The notes beneath the pieces are model-generated. The model was not told where the DNA came from, did not search any database, and saw only the letters and a program-made list of their open reading frames with translations. Both the position numbers and the translations under genes were made by a program. Shown piece after piece: positions 50,081 through 59,627 of a stretch of DNA of 64,000 nucleotides. This stretch comes from Clostridium sp. CAG:568 (lineage in GTDB: Bacteria; Bacillota_I; Bacilli_A; RFN20; CAG-288), in contig FR878803.1 in the NCBI GenBank assembly GCA_000434395.1, positions 13,172 through 77,171 on the forward strand, read 5' to 3'. Position 1 is the first letter of the stretch, and every line of letters begins with the position of its first letter.

Positions 50081-52438
50081 TTACTTAATCCAAATATTTT
50101 GAATCGAAGTTATCAATGAATCATAGATTGAAGCGATATTCTCAGGAAGCTCATTATCGCCACCGAACAAGCTTGTTGAAGAATGCCAATTTTGATATGT
50201 CTCTTCTACATTAGACTTTGCATTATTTATCTTGGTAATAACTACTAAAGCTTCTTCTTTGCTAGTCACTTTTTGGGCTTCAGGTTTCAAAGCAGCGACA
50301 TCTTCTTTAGCCTTAGCTTCCATCAATCCATCGTACTTATCTACATTATCCGAGATGAGCTTAGCCTTAAAAGCATCATAATCAGAATCTTTTACATTAC
50401 CGCTTTCATCGATAGCAAAGACATTCTTGCTCAATTGCATAGCTTTGCTCATAGTTGAACTAACAACTGCTAGGTCATCATAAGAAGTTATAGATCCAGC
50501 CAATTCAGTAATCTTATTTCTAAGCTTGGTGTTGACTTCCAAAGCTTTGGCTATAGAAGTATCGATTGAAGTTTTATTGTCACCATAGAACATAGAATAT
50601 TGAGGATAGGTATGGCAACCATTGAATATCTTGCAATCTTTATCAATAATCTTTCCAATCTTATCAAAGGAATCATATAAGGATTCTTCCTTGGTGTCTT
50701 CTACTATGACATTTATATACTCATCATACAATGAGGCATACTTAGTCATCAAAGCATCTAACTTTGCCTTCTCAGCTTCAGTATAGCTAGATTCATAATT
50801 CTTGAAATAAGACAGTGTAACAGCATTGAATCCGTCTTCCCCAAATACCTCAGTACCGTCAGCTAACTTACCAGCGATTGTCAATCCATCCACATTTGTT
50901 TGATCAAATGAATCTGCATATGTCTTTGATTTATTAAACAATTTAATTCCTTCATCATATGCCAATCCGACATATACTTTACTGCTACTAGTTTCAGCAG
51001 CAGGCTTTACAAAGTCATAAGTTTCAGGATTGAACAATCCTTTAGTATATGTATCCAAAGCTTCGACTTCAGCTCCGACCTTGGCAATCTTTTCTCCATA
51101 AGCAGAAGTTAATTCGATGTTTTCACCCTTAGATTTAATGATGTCTTCTGCATCGACACCATAACTTGAATCGACGCTGAAATCATAATATTCATCAACT
51201 TTATTCTTCAAAGCTTTGTATTTTTGATATGAAGCCTGAGCATTCAAAGCTCCTTCATCCATCTCGTCTAAAGCATCAGCTTTTAAGTCCTTAGTAGTAG
51301 GATCTAATTTCAAGGCTAAGTCGATACCGACAGGAAGCAATCCTAAAGCAGTGACCCCAACAGTGACATCAAAACCGGTAAATGTAGAAATATCGGCATT
51401 AGCAACTTTTGTGAATTCCAAAGAGAGGGAGACATTGCTGAGTGTTGCCATTCCGCCAGTCAAATCGTTCATATAAACATTGGCATCAGTGATTCCAGTA
51501 TCATTCAATCCCAAGGTGATGATCGTCTTATGATTTCCAGTAATTTCATCATCTTCGCCTTCGATAGAACCTTCAAGTCCAGTAGCTAAAACACTCAATG
51601 CTTTTGCTATAGCGTTGTCCTCAAGATTGAATGAAGGAAGCAAAGCTTCCAAGATGGACATATCAAATCCCTTATTGAGCATTCCATCTTCTCCAAAAGC
51701 AATATCGACAAATGCTTTGAGTGTATCAGCCAAATTTGAAGTATCAGGAATTTCAGGTAATGTCAACTCTGTTTCGGCATATTCTCTCAAAGTTTTCTCA
51801 TCATTTTTCAATGCTCCAGTTTCATCTTTAGGAGTGACTTCGGCATAATAATAGACATTTTGTCCATCCTTATAGTCGATATTCATCTGACCATATGAAT
51901 TGGATTCATCGAATCTATCGTTATAGAAGTTAGCAGCATTCATCTGCAAATCAGAGATATAAGGAATAGAAGATAAATCGATTCCCACAATTCCCATAGA
52001 TGAAACGAGCTGTAAAAGGCTGAACACTGAATTCAAAGCGTGGAGAGGAGAGGCTGAAGCATCTGTTCCATCCTTTTCTTTGTGGATAGCAGTAGCATTT
52101 TTAACTACTATTTGTGCATCAGCATTCTCGCCACTTCCAAACTTCCCATTGACAGTACGATAAGACAAATCGAAAGGAGCTGCCAAATCTATCATCTTGC
52201 TGCCCATTAAATCAACACTGGCATACAAAGCACCTTCTTGTCCTTTTACACCAATGACATCCTCTTCCTTAGATGAAGAAGTATTACCAGTCTTTCCTGT
52301 ATCTGTGGAAGGAGTTGGGGTTGAAGGTGTGCTAGGACTAGTAGAAATACTAGAAGTACTAGAAGAAGCTTCGCCTCCACAGCTTATTAGCATTGTAGAC
52401 ATGACTAACAACAATCCAATTGAATATCTTTTTTTCAT
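50081..52438 (-). CDS. large lipoprotein (about 785 aa) with a Ser/Thr/Pro-rich linker
   Basis: I prefer the start at MKKRYSIGLLLVMSTMLISCGG (lipobox LISC) with a GAGGT RBS 8 nt upstream. The ORF-track N-terminal extension has no RBS. Confidence 0.6.
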   Translation of the reverse strand: MKKRYSIGLLLVMSTMLISCGGEASSSTSSISTSPSTPSTPTPSTDTGKTGNTSSSKEEDVIGVKGQEGALYASVDLMGSKMIDLAAPFDLSYRTVNGKFGSGENADAQIVVKNATAIHKEKDGTDASASPLHALNSVFSLLQLVSSMGIVGIDLSSIPYISDLQMNAANFYNDRFDESNSYGQMNIDYKDGQNVYYYAEVTPKDETGALKNDEKTLREYAETELTLPEIPDTSNLADTLKAFVDIAFGEDGMLNKGFDMSILEALLPSFNLEDNAIAKALSVLATGLEGSIEGEDDEITGNHKTIITLGLNDTGITDANVYMNDLTGGMATLSNVSLSLEFTKVANADISTFTGFDVTVGVTALGLLPVGIDLALKLDPTTKDLKADALDEMDEGALNAQASYQKYKALKNKVDEYYDFSVDSSYGVDAEDIIKSKGENIELTSAYGEKIAKVGAEVEALDTYTKGLFNPETYDFVKPAAETSSSKVYVGLAYDEGIKLFNKSKTYADSFDQTNVDGLTIAGKLADGTEVFGEDGFNAVTLSYFKNYESSYTEAEKAKLDALMTKYASLYDEYINVIVEDTKEESLYDSFDKIGKIIDKDCKIFNGCHTYPQYSMFYGDNKTSIDTSIAKALEVNTKLRNKITELAGSITSYDDLAVVSSTMSKAMQLSKNVFAIDESGNVKDSDYDAFKAKLISDNVDKYDGLMEAKAKEDVAALKPEAQKVTSKEEALVVITKINNAKSNVEETYQNWHSSTSLFGGDNELPENIASIYDSLITSIQNIWIK

Positions 52439-52547
52439 TATATTTACCTCATTAAATGAACTTGTCTCTTTTGAAGACAAGTCCATTCTAAACTCATTTG
52501 AAAGATTAAAAAAATAAAAAATCAATTAATAATTAAACTACTTAATA

Positions 52548-52582
52548 GTAAAAAAATCCTACTATCTTTTGATAATAGGATT
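52548..52582 (-). terminator. intrinsic terminator after the MacB-like ABC gene
   Basis: Stem AATCCTACTA/TAATAGGATT (9 of 10 bp) with an 8-nt loop, followed on the minus strand by a U7 run. Confidence 0.55.
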
Positions 52583-52619
52583 AGTATAAATATAATTATT
52601 TAAGACCTCGTAGATTCAA

Positions 52620-55124
52620 TTATTCATTTCTTTTCATAGCATCTACCGGTTTCATATTAGCTATAGAATAGGAAGGAATCAAGGCTGATAAAATTGCCGT
52701 ACCAAAAGATAAGACGAATAGAACCATTCCTTGAATCCAATTGAATGACAGCATAGATAATGGCGACATACCCATCAAAGAAACTAACAAAGCATTGAGT
52801 GTCGGAGTCAAAGACCAAGTTATTGCAAAGCTTAATATGAAATTGACAGCAGCTATCAATAAACTTTCTATAACGAATATTGCAAAAACATCTCTACTAG
52901 TCGAGCCTAATCCTTTAAGAATTCCTATATCTTGTTTCTTAAAAGCAACAGATGTAAATATAAAGTTCATAGTAGTCAGAACGGCTATGATTCCAATTCC
53001 AATCGCTATGTACATAGCATAAGTAGATATTCCAGTAATCGTTCCTAAGAACGATGAATCTAGTTTAGAAGCTATGTATGAATTTATCGTATAGCTCTTT
53101 TGAATATAGGATCTTTGAATATAGTAAGTATCAGCTTTGAGAGTCAAATTGTGTTTAGACTTGCTGAAACTATATACTTGTTTTATTTCATCCTTAGAGT
53201 TTGTCGGAACATAAACTCTAGAAATTAAATTAATTCCGTCCTTTTCTCCTTGTATGTCGTATTTCTTAATATTATTAGCAGAAAAAGCCGATGGGCTGAA
53301 GAAGACTGTCGTTTCCATTCCCGTACTTCTTCCATCGGTAGAGCTTGAAAAATCGACATATGATTGAATAATCTTGTCCTTACTATTATCTTCAGCCTCG
53401 AGATTATTCATAGCAGTCTCAATATCTTCTTTGTTTAAATCGGTCTTAACTACTCCCACGACCTTATAGATGGTCTCAGATTCATCCAAAGAATCTGTGT
53501 CAAAACTCTGATATATCTTAATCTTTTTTCCTAAGATGTTTTTATATAGATTCTCACTATTAAAGCATCCTTTTTCGACTAAAGTTCCACTAGCTGAATC
53601 AGTAAAATCGTAATACCCAGTCTCATTGAACATAGTTAAGAAATAATCAGTCAAAACTATTTCATCAGTGGCAGAAGGAGCTTTACTTCCGTCTACTAAG
53701 CTGAAGTCTTTATAAGCTTCGATTTGAGATAAGTCATCTAATGGCGAAATGAAATAAGTTGATAGTTTTAAATAAGAAGGTAAAGAATCAATTTTATCTT
53801 GTGGAATGCTCTTCTTAATATTTATATTCAATGTTCTATAAGCTGGAATAGCTCCTTTATAGGAGTCCTTTATGTTGTTGTAATCTTCATCAGACATATA
53901 TACTGTCGACTCAGTATTATCTTCTTTGAAGACTTGTTTGTATAAAGTTATAGCATCAGTTCTATAGATGTCAGCAGAAGATGCGTAGGTATCACTCGCA
54001 TCATAAGTAGATACTTCCAAAGCAAGTCCAAAGAACGTAAACGAAATAATCGAGAGGATGAAAGTAAAGACCAATCTAACCCATCCCGATTTCAAAGAAC
54101 TCATAGCCATTTTCAATATTGTTGTAAATGGAATTCTTCCATTCTTTGAATTGTATTTGACATCAGAATTTATATTCTTTTCTATATCGTCTTTATTAGT
54201 CTTTGAAAATCCAACTGGTAAATCCATCGAATCATCATTGGCCATCAAATCGACTGGAAATCTAACCTTGTCTTTATATGTTATGTAGGATGGTCCATCA
54301 TAAGAACTAGAAGCTTCGTTTAAGACTGATAAGTCCTTATCAGTCATATTTTTTATACCGTCTATTTTAATAAGACCTTCCCCAACTTTATGAAGGACTG
54401 TCGATCCGTCTAACACTTCGCCTTCGCTTGAATGTCTTGTGATATCATCGACTATCAAGCCATTTTTAAGTCTTATTATTCTATCCGCATAAGTCTCAAC
54501 ACAGGATGCGTCATGAGTTACACAGACGACAAGACAAGTCTTAGATAATTCTTTCAGCAAATCAAATATATCTCTAGAAGTAGTCCCATCCAAGGCTCCC
54601 GTAGGTTCATCTGCCAATATGACTCTAGGATGTTTTACCAAAGCTCTAGCAATTGCTACTCTTTGTTTTTGACCGCCTGATATTTCGCTAGGCTTTCTAT
54701 TTGAAAGTTCAACAATTCCTACTTTCTTCAATATTTCCTGAACTTTATCTTCATTATTTTTTCCGTATTTCAATTCATAAGCCAAGGATACATTATCATG
54801 AACAGTGAAACTATTTATGATGTTATATTCCTGAAAAATAAATCCAATATATTTGTTTCTATAGGCATTGAAATCTGTGGAATTAAATGATTTTGAAGAC
54901 TTTCCAAACAAAATCAAATCACCCGAATCAAATGTATCGAGACCGCCTACAACATTTAAGAATGTCGACTTACCAGATCCAGACTTTCCTAATATGAAAA
55001 CCAATCCTCTATCTGGAAGAGTGACTGTTATCCCCTTCAACGCCTCTACCTTTTGACCATCTTTAGTCTTATATACTTTATGTAAATCTTTAAGTTCTAT
55101 CATATTTAGTCCTTTAAAAATCAA
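52620..55124 (-). CDS. MacB-like ABC transporter: fused ATP-binding domain and FtsX-like permease
   Basis: N-terminal ABC domain (GKSGSGKST, LSGGQKQRVAIARAL, ILADEPTGALD), large extracytoplasmic domain, C-terminal 4-TM FtsX-like permease. Confidence 0.75.
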   Translation of the reverse strand: MIFKGLNMIELKDLHKVYKTKDGQKVEALKGITVTLPDRGLVFILGKSGSGKSTFLNVVGGLDTFDSGDLILFGKSSKSFNSTDFNAYRNKYIGFIFQEYNIINSFTVHDNVSLAYELKYGKNNEDKVQEILKKVGIVELSNRKPSEISGGQKQRVAIARALVKHPRVILADEPTGALDGTTSRDIFDLLKELSKTCLVVCVTHDASCVETYADRIIRLKNGLIVDDITRHSSEGEVLDGSTVLHKVGEGLIKIDGIKNMTDKDLSVLNEASSSYDGPSYITYKDKVRFPVDLMANDDSMDLPVGFSKTNKDDIEKNINSDVKYNSKNGRIPFTTILKMAMSSLKSGWVRLVFTFILSIISFTFFGLALEVSTYDASDTYASSADIYRTDAITLYKQVFKEDNTESTVYMSDEDYNNIKDSYKGAIPAYRTLNINIKKSIPQDKIDSLPSYLKLSTYFISPLDDLSQIEAYKDFSLVDGSKAPSATDEIVLTDYFLTMFNETGYYDFTDSASGTLVEKGCFNSENLYKNILGKKIKIYQSFDTDSLDESETIYKVVGVVKTDLNKEDIETAMNNLEAEDNSKDKIIQSYVDFSSSTDGRSTGMETTVFFSPSAFSANNIKKYDIQGEKDGINLISRVYVPTNSKDEIKQVYSFSKSKHNLTLKADTYYIQRSYIQKSYTINSYIASKLDSSFLGTITGISTYAMYIAIGIGIIAVLTTMNFIFTSVAFKKQDIGILKGLGSTSRDVFAIFVIESLLIAAVNFILSFAITWSLTPTLNALLVSLMGMSPLSMLSFNWIQGMVLFVLSFGTAILSALIPSYSIANMKPVDAMKRNE

Positions 55125-55258
55125 AACAAATAAACAAGTATAGTTTTAAATTAAATATTTGTTTATTGCTATAGTTAAATTAGTTAATCATTTATTGTTT
55201 TTAATGAATACTTTATTAAAACTAATGTGTATATTCAAAAAGAGGAGAATTTTTATAT

Positions 55259-56359
55259 ATGAAAAATAAAAAAATTATATATTGCTTATCTTTATTGACT
55301 TTATCTATGACCTTATCTTCATGTGGAAAAGAAGATATCTCAGTTCCATCTGTCCCACCTATAGATACAGGTAATTCAAGTGTAGTCGAAGAAGAAGGAA
55401 AAGCCTCAGATAGACCTGAAGCACCTATAGAAAATAACTATGTTCCTGGCAGTGCTCCTAAAGATTATGATGGAAAATCAATATCTGATATAGGGACTAA
55501 AAAGAAATCTTCAGCTTATAAAGCATTCTTCTATGCCGAACATAAATTAGCTAATTCAAATTATTTCACCTACATTCAATCTGCTAATTTAAATGCTTAT
55601 ATTGGATCTGCTGTCGCATTTAAACAAGATGTCAGCGGATTTAGAGTCTTCATGAATAACGCTGGATTTGGTCAATCGATAACCAAATCACAAAAATCCA
55701 GTGGATTTCTGGCTTTGATGTCAGTTCCATCAGCAGTTCAAAAATACGAGGATATATCAGCTAATAAAGTAGGATATAGGCAGAATAAATCCGAAGAAAA
55801 GGATTCTATTGAAATTAAAACAGGTGAGAATGAAACAGATGGAAAGTATATTTATGGGTCATTCGATTCTGATAAGTACGATCAAAAAAAGATGATGACA
55901 AAAGAGGATTATGAGAATTACTGGGGTCATAACCTCTGGGGACTTACTAGTTATACAGTCCCATCATCAAACGCTATATATAAAGCTGATATTCAAAACA
56001 TCGATGCTGGAAACTCAATAACTCTTTCATACGAATTCACTACCAAAGATACTGCTATAGATGGAGTGGATGCATCCAAAGGATATCAAAAAGAGCAGCA
56101 ACAAATGTTAGGACAAGCCACTGCTAGTGTTTCAGTCACTATTGATAGCTTAAAAATCGAATTGACACTAGACAAGGATTTATTTCCAACAAAAGTTCAC
56201 TGCATCGAAGAGTACACAGCTAGTGCAATGGGACAAAGTATCATCAAAATCAAAAACGACATCGTAAACGTATATAAAAAGATAGAAAGTGTGGACGATA
56301 TCTCCATACCAGAATATAAACAAGACTATCAATTTGGAATTAATGCGTTCACTAAGTAA
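55259..56359 (+). CDS. lipoprotein of unknown function
   Basis: Signal peptide plus lipobox LSMTLSSC. GAGGAG RBS. Confidence 0.6.
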   Translation: MKNKKIIYCLSLLTLSMTLSSCGKEDISVPSVPPIDTGNSSVVEEEGKASDRPEAPIENNYVPGSAPKDYDGKSISDIGTKKKSSAYKAFFYAEHKLANSNYFTYIQSANLNAYIGSAVAFKQDVSGFRVFMNNAGFGQSITKSQKSSGFLALMSVPSAVQKYEDISANKVGYRQNKSEEKDSIEIKTGENETDGKYIYGSFDSDKYDQKKMMTKEDYENYWGHNLWGLTSYTVPSSNAIYKADIQNIDAGNSITLSYEFTTKDTAIDGVDASKGYQKEQQQMLGQATASVSVTIDSLKIELTLDKDLFPTKVHCIEEYTASAMGQSIIKIKNDIVNVYKKIESVDDISIPEYKQDYQFGINAFTK

Positions 56360-56367
56360 CCCGATTC

Positions 56368-56403
56368 AAAGCTTATATACTTGTGCATATAGGCTTTTTT
56401 TAT
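56368..56403 (+). terminator. intrinsic terminator after the 366-aa lipoprotein gene
   Basis: Stem AAGCTTATAT/ATATAGGCTT with an 8-nt loop, followed by TTTTTTTATG. Confidence 0.6.
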
Positions 56404-56530
56404 GCTTAAAAGCATAATTTTTCCTATTTTTAAACTGTGATCAAGAAAATATAAAAGCTGGTATTCAATATGAAATTTCCTTTTTTTATCGAAAGACCTA
56501 GTATTTTTTTGAAACTTCTTAAAAAAGTTG

Positions 56531-56559
56531 TTGAAACTTTCAAGACTCAATGATAGAAT
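56531..56559 (+). promoter_or_regulatory. sigma-A type promoter of the tRNA operon
   Basis: -35 TTGAAA (56531-56536), 17-nt spacer, extended -10 TGaTAGAAT (56554-56559). About 22 nt upstream of tRNA-Val. Confidence 0.6.
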
Positions 56560-56581
56560 AGCAAAGCACTCAAAAAGAGCT

Positions 56582-56657
56582 GGAAATTTAGCTCAGCTGG
56601 TAGAGCATCTCCTTTACACGGAGGGGGTCAGGGGTTCGAGTCCCTTAATTTCCACCA
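56582..56657 (+). tRNA. tRNA-Val (anticodon UAC)
   Basis: 76 nt. Acceptor GGAAATT/AATTTCC, anticodon loop TTTACAC, CCA encoded. Confidence 0.8.
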
Positions 56658-56688
56658 TCGAGTGCAAAATAAGTACCGGCATATACAT

Positions 56689-56772
56689 GGGCGGTTAGCG
56701 AAACGGTTAAACGCGGCAGACTGTAAATCTGTTCCTTCGGGTTCAGTGGTTCGAATCCACTACTGCCCACCA
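56689..56772 (+). tRNA. tRNA-Tyr (anticodon GUA), type II with long variable arm
   Basis: 84 nt. Acceptor GGGCGGT/ACTGCCC, anticodon loop CTGTAAA, T-loop TTCGAAT, CCA. Confidence 0.75.
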
Positions 56773-56776
56773 TGAT

Positions 56777-56851
56777 TGGGGTATAGCCAAGCGGTAAGGC
56801 AAGGGACTTTGACTCCCTCATGCTTTGGTTCGAATCCAAATACCCCAGCCA
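56777..56851 (+). tRNA. tRNA-Gln (anticodon UUG)
   Basis: 75 nt. Acceptor TGGGGTA/TACCCCA, anticodon loop CTTTGAC, T-loop TTCGAAT, CCA. Confidence 0.8.
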
Positions 56852-56865
56852 TTTGTTTTTGTTAT

Positions 56866-56941
56866 GACTCGTTAGCTCAGCCGGTAGAGCACATGACTTT
56901 TAATCATGGGGCCATGAGTTCAAATCTCATACGAGTCACCA
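56866..56941 (+). tRNA. tRNA-Lys (anticodon UUU)
   Basis: 76 nt. Acceptor GACTCGT/ACGAGTC, anticodon loop CTTTTAA, T-loop TTCAAAT, CCA. Confidence 0.8.
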
Positions 56942-56953
56942 TTTGTTTATATT

Positions 56954-57043
56954 GCCCTGGTGGCGAAACTGGTAGACGCAAGGGACTTAAAATCCCTCGA
57001 GGCCAAACCCCTCATGCCGGTTCGACTCCGGCCCAGGGCACCA
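56954..57043 (+). tRNA. tRNA-Leu (anticodon UAA), type II
   Basis: About 90 nt. Acceptor GCCCTGG/CCAGGGC, anticodon loop CTTAAAA, long variable arm, T-loop TTCGACT, CCA. Confidence 0.75.
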
Positions 57044-57058
57044 CATAGAGCGTCATAG

Positions 57059-57090
57059 CCTGGCACGAAAGTGTCAGGTTTTTCGTTTGT
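57059..57090 (+). terminator. rho-independent terminator of the tRNA operon
   Basis: 8-bp stem CCTGGCAC/GTGTCAGG with a GAAA tetraloop, followed by TTTTTCGTTTGTTT. Confidence 0.7.
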
Positions 57091-57137
57091 TTAAGAAATC
57101 ATTTCAAATAAAATGGACTACAAACCCGTAGCCCTTT

Positions 57138-57905
57138 TTATTTATTCTTTTTGAATTTCGACTTTATATATCCTTTAAACATATTCCAAATATAATGTTT
57201 ATCCATACAAGCAAATCTAAATTCTTTATACTTCAATTTATTTGCGTCGATATAAACATCTAACATAAGCTCAGCAATATAGCCGAAGACTCTTTTATCC
57301 TGGCCTATATATTCATCTAGATCAATTCTTTTTTCTACTTTTCCTAACAATTCAAACAACCAATCCAAATATGCATTAGCAGTTTCTTTCTTGGCTACGA
57401 ACATATTGAAATAATGACCATAGACTCTTCTCATCACTTTCTTATAAGACTTATAGTATTTAGGATAATCAGTCTTGATTATATCTTCTGTGACTTTAAG
57501 TCCTTCCTTTTTATGTGCCAATATGTAATGAAGATAATTGGTGTGAATAACCATGACAACTTTGGCCGGTAAAATAAAGTCATATTTCTCCAATGTTTTC
57601 TCTATTTCTTTTTCACCGATTATATTATCTAAAGATTTCTTGCAGAAAAAACTCTTCATAAGAAATCTTCTATAATGCGCGATCCCAAAATACTCGTATT
57701 CATTATTTCTATAAGCCCAGTAAGCTCCGGTCAATTCACAATAGCTAGCATTCTTGCTAGAAATATTGTCACCCGTATTATCTAAGCAATTATAAAAATG
57801 CTCATTCCTAAAATCAGCTCCAACTTCAATTGGAACATAAATCGGATTAGATGGCATCAAAGCCTTCTTATGAGCCATGACACCAATAAATATCTTTTGA
57901 TTCAT
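57138..57905 (-). CDS. DUF4422-family putative glycosyltransferase (capsule/EPS-locus type)
   Basis: N-terminus MNQKIFIGVMAHKKALMPSNPIYVPIEVGA...NTGDNISSKNASYCELTGAYWAYRN matches the DUF4422 signature. I prefer the internal Met because a TATAAT box lies inside the longer ORF-track extension (57906-57956). Confidence 0.5.
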   Translation of the reverse strand: MNQKIFIGVMAHKKALMPSNPIYVPIEVGADFRNEHFYNCLDNTGDNISSKNASYCELTGAYWAYRNNEYEYFGIAHYRRFLMKSFFCKKSLDNIIGEKEIEKTLEKYDFILPAKVVMVIHTNYLHYILAHKKEGLKVTEDIIKTDYPKYYKSYKKVMRRVYGHYFNMFVAKKETANAYLDWLFELLGKVEKRIDLDEYIGQDKRVFGYIAELMLDVYIDANKLKYKEFRFACMDKHYIWNMFKGYIKSKFKKNK

Positions 57906-58315
57906 GCCTAAAATTATAGCATAAATAGTATGTTTTAAATTACATAAGAAAATCATAAGAAATCACTCTAAACAACTTGGATTTATAAATACATAATTCA
58001 CATCTAAAATGATATACAAGATTCTATAGATTAAACACTACTAGTAATCGGTAAAAATATAGAATTCTACAAAAAAGTGAGAATTTCAATTTATTATTTA
58101 CTATATCCTTAATGATTTTCACAATCATTGAATACTTCAATTCATGATTTTGATAATAATCTCCTACCATATTAACTTCATATGCAAAAAGAAGTGCTTA
58201 ATCATTTCATTTAATTCATAGAATCGTTAACTTTGATACAAAAATTGAATTGATAATTATTCCAAAGACAAATGAATACTAATGATTTATAATTAACTTT
58301 AAGTGAGGAAATAAA

Positions 58316-59284
58316 ATGAAAATTTTAAAAAGTTTCAATACTTTAAGAAAGAGAAAATTTTTTAAGAGTTCCAATACTTTAAGAAAGATTGTAGGGATTA
58401 AAAGCTTATTATCTTTCTTTGGCAGAGCAAGTAAAAAAGCCATTTATTTAAACCAGGGTAGACAAGGATTAGACCCCAGTCAAATAAAAGCAGCTGATAT
58501 CCTATTCAAAGATATAGCTATTAAATACAAAGATGCTCCTAAAAGTACAGAGCCGATAAATAAAACTCTATTCTTGTTTTGGTGGGATGGATTTGATTCA
58601 GCACCTGAAATAGTAAAGCTCTGTGTTAAATCAGTTATAAAGAATTACCCAGATTACAATATCATTCTATTGGATAAAACAAACTTAAAAGAGTATCTTC
58701 CCGAAGACGATATCGTCTTCCAGGCATACATGAAAGGCAAAACAATAATTCAAAACTTTACTGACTACCTTAGATTTTATTTGATGTATAACTACGGAGG
58801 ATATTGGATAGACTCAACTCTTTTCTTCCTAAAAAGATTTCCTTTAGATGAAGTTATAGGTGATGAAGACTTTGGGTCTATCGGATTCAGTACATTATCC
58901 AGATGTTTCTATGTCGATGGAATAGGTACTAAATGGTGTGATTTCTTCTATGGTGCTAGAAAACATGCACCTATTTGTAAGGCATTCTTAGAATGCTTTC
59001 AACGCTACTATTCTAAGTACAATTTTCCTTTTGATTATTTTATGATGGATTGTATCTTATTCGTCTTTATGAAATATTTTATAGAGAATGGTGTATTAGA
59101 CAGGATCAAAACCTATCCTGGCAGTGCCATATATGTATTCCAAGGAGTTGGAATCAATGCAGAAGTAGATGAAAGAAAAATCTATGAATGCGAAATAATG
59201 CCTCAAAAACTAGATAGAAAAATCAAACTATCAAAAGTTAAGAAAGGTAGATTATTAGATTACTTGTTGAACACTGTCAGATAA
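58316..59284 (+). CDS. glycosyltransferase of the capsular polysaccharide synthesis (Caps_synth / Gly_transf_sug-like) family with an unusual ~85-aa N-terminal extension
   Basis: Core FLFWWDGFDSAP ... YLRFYLMYNYGGYWIDSTLFF. GAGGA RBS. The N-terminal extension contains a 22-bp direct repeat. Confidence 0.5.
   Translation: MKILKSFNTLRKRKFFKSSNTLRKIVGIKSLLSFFGRASKKAIYLNQGRQGLDPSQIKAADILFKDIAIKYKDAPKSTEPINKTLFLFWWDGFDSAPEIVKLCVKSVIKNYPDYNIILLDKTNLKEYLPEDDIVFQAYMKGKTIIQNFTDYLRFYLMYNYGGYWIDSTLFFLKRFPLDEVIGDEDFGSIGFSTLSRCFYVDGIGTKWCDFFYGARKHAPICKAFLECFQRYYSKYNFPFDYFMMDCILFVFMKYFIENGVLDRIKTYPGSAIYVFQGVGINAEVDERKIYECEIMPQKLDRKIKLSKVKKGRLLDYLLNTVR
58331..58388 (+). repeat. 22-bp direct repeat (two copies 36 bp apart) at the 5' end of the glycosyltransferase gene
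   Basis: AGTTTCAATACTTTAAGAAAGA and AGTTCCAATACTTTAAGAAAGA, encoding SFNTLRK twice. Confidence 0.7.
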
Positions 59285-59312
59285 GCATTTAACATTAGTA
59301 TTTAATCTAATA

Positions 59313-59627
59313 TCAATTCAATGACAATACATTAAAAACAGGAATCGACATCCTGTTTTTTAATACTATTCTTTTATTTATAGCATCGATATAGTCTAAA
59401 TAATCATCAACTGTTTTAATAAAGCCATAGTCATAGTACTCTATTGAAATGGGATCTCCTCTATTATAAGTAGATAATTTAGTATCCAATTCTATTAATT
59501 CATCATCCGATAAAAGTGGCTTATCCACTTTATTTTTCTTTTCTTCCATCTTTTCTAAATAATCCTCTTGTTCAGGAAGAGATTTATAAGGAGCCCATTT
59601 AACCATCCCTCTATCTCTAAGTCTCAT
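59313..59627 (-). CDS. YolD-like protein (accessory partner of Y-family polymerases)
   Basis: N-terminus MRLRDRGMVKWAPYKSLPEQ matches the YolD family start. 4-nt overlap with the upstream polymerase gene. Confidence 0.65.
   Translation of the reverse strand: MRLRDRGMVKWAPYKSLPEQEDYLEKMEEKKNKVDKPLLSDDELIELDTKLSTYNRGDPISIEYYDYGFIKTVDDYLDYIDAINKRIVLKNRMSIPVFNVLSLN

Noticed and set aside
56645-57048. ORFs 56645-56839 (-) and 56776-57048 (+)
   Set aside because: They fall entirely on top of four tRNA genes, and one starts at a TTG inside tRNA-Gln. They are spurious.
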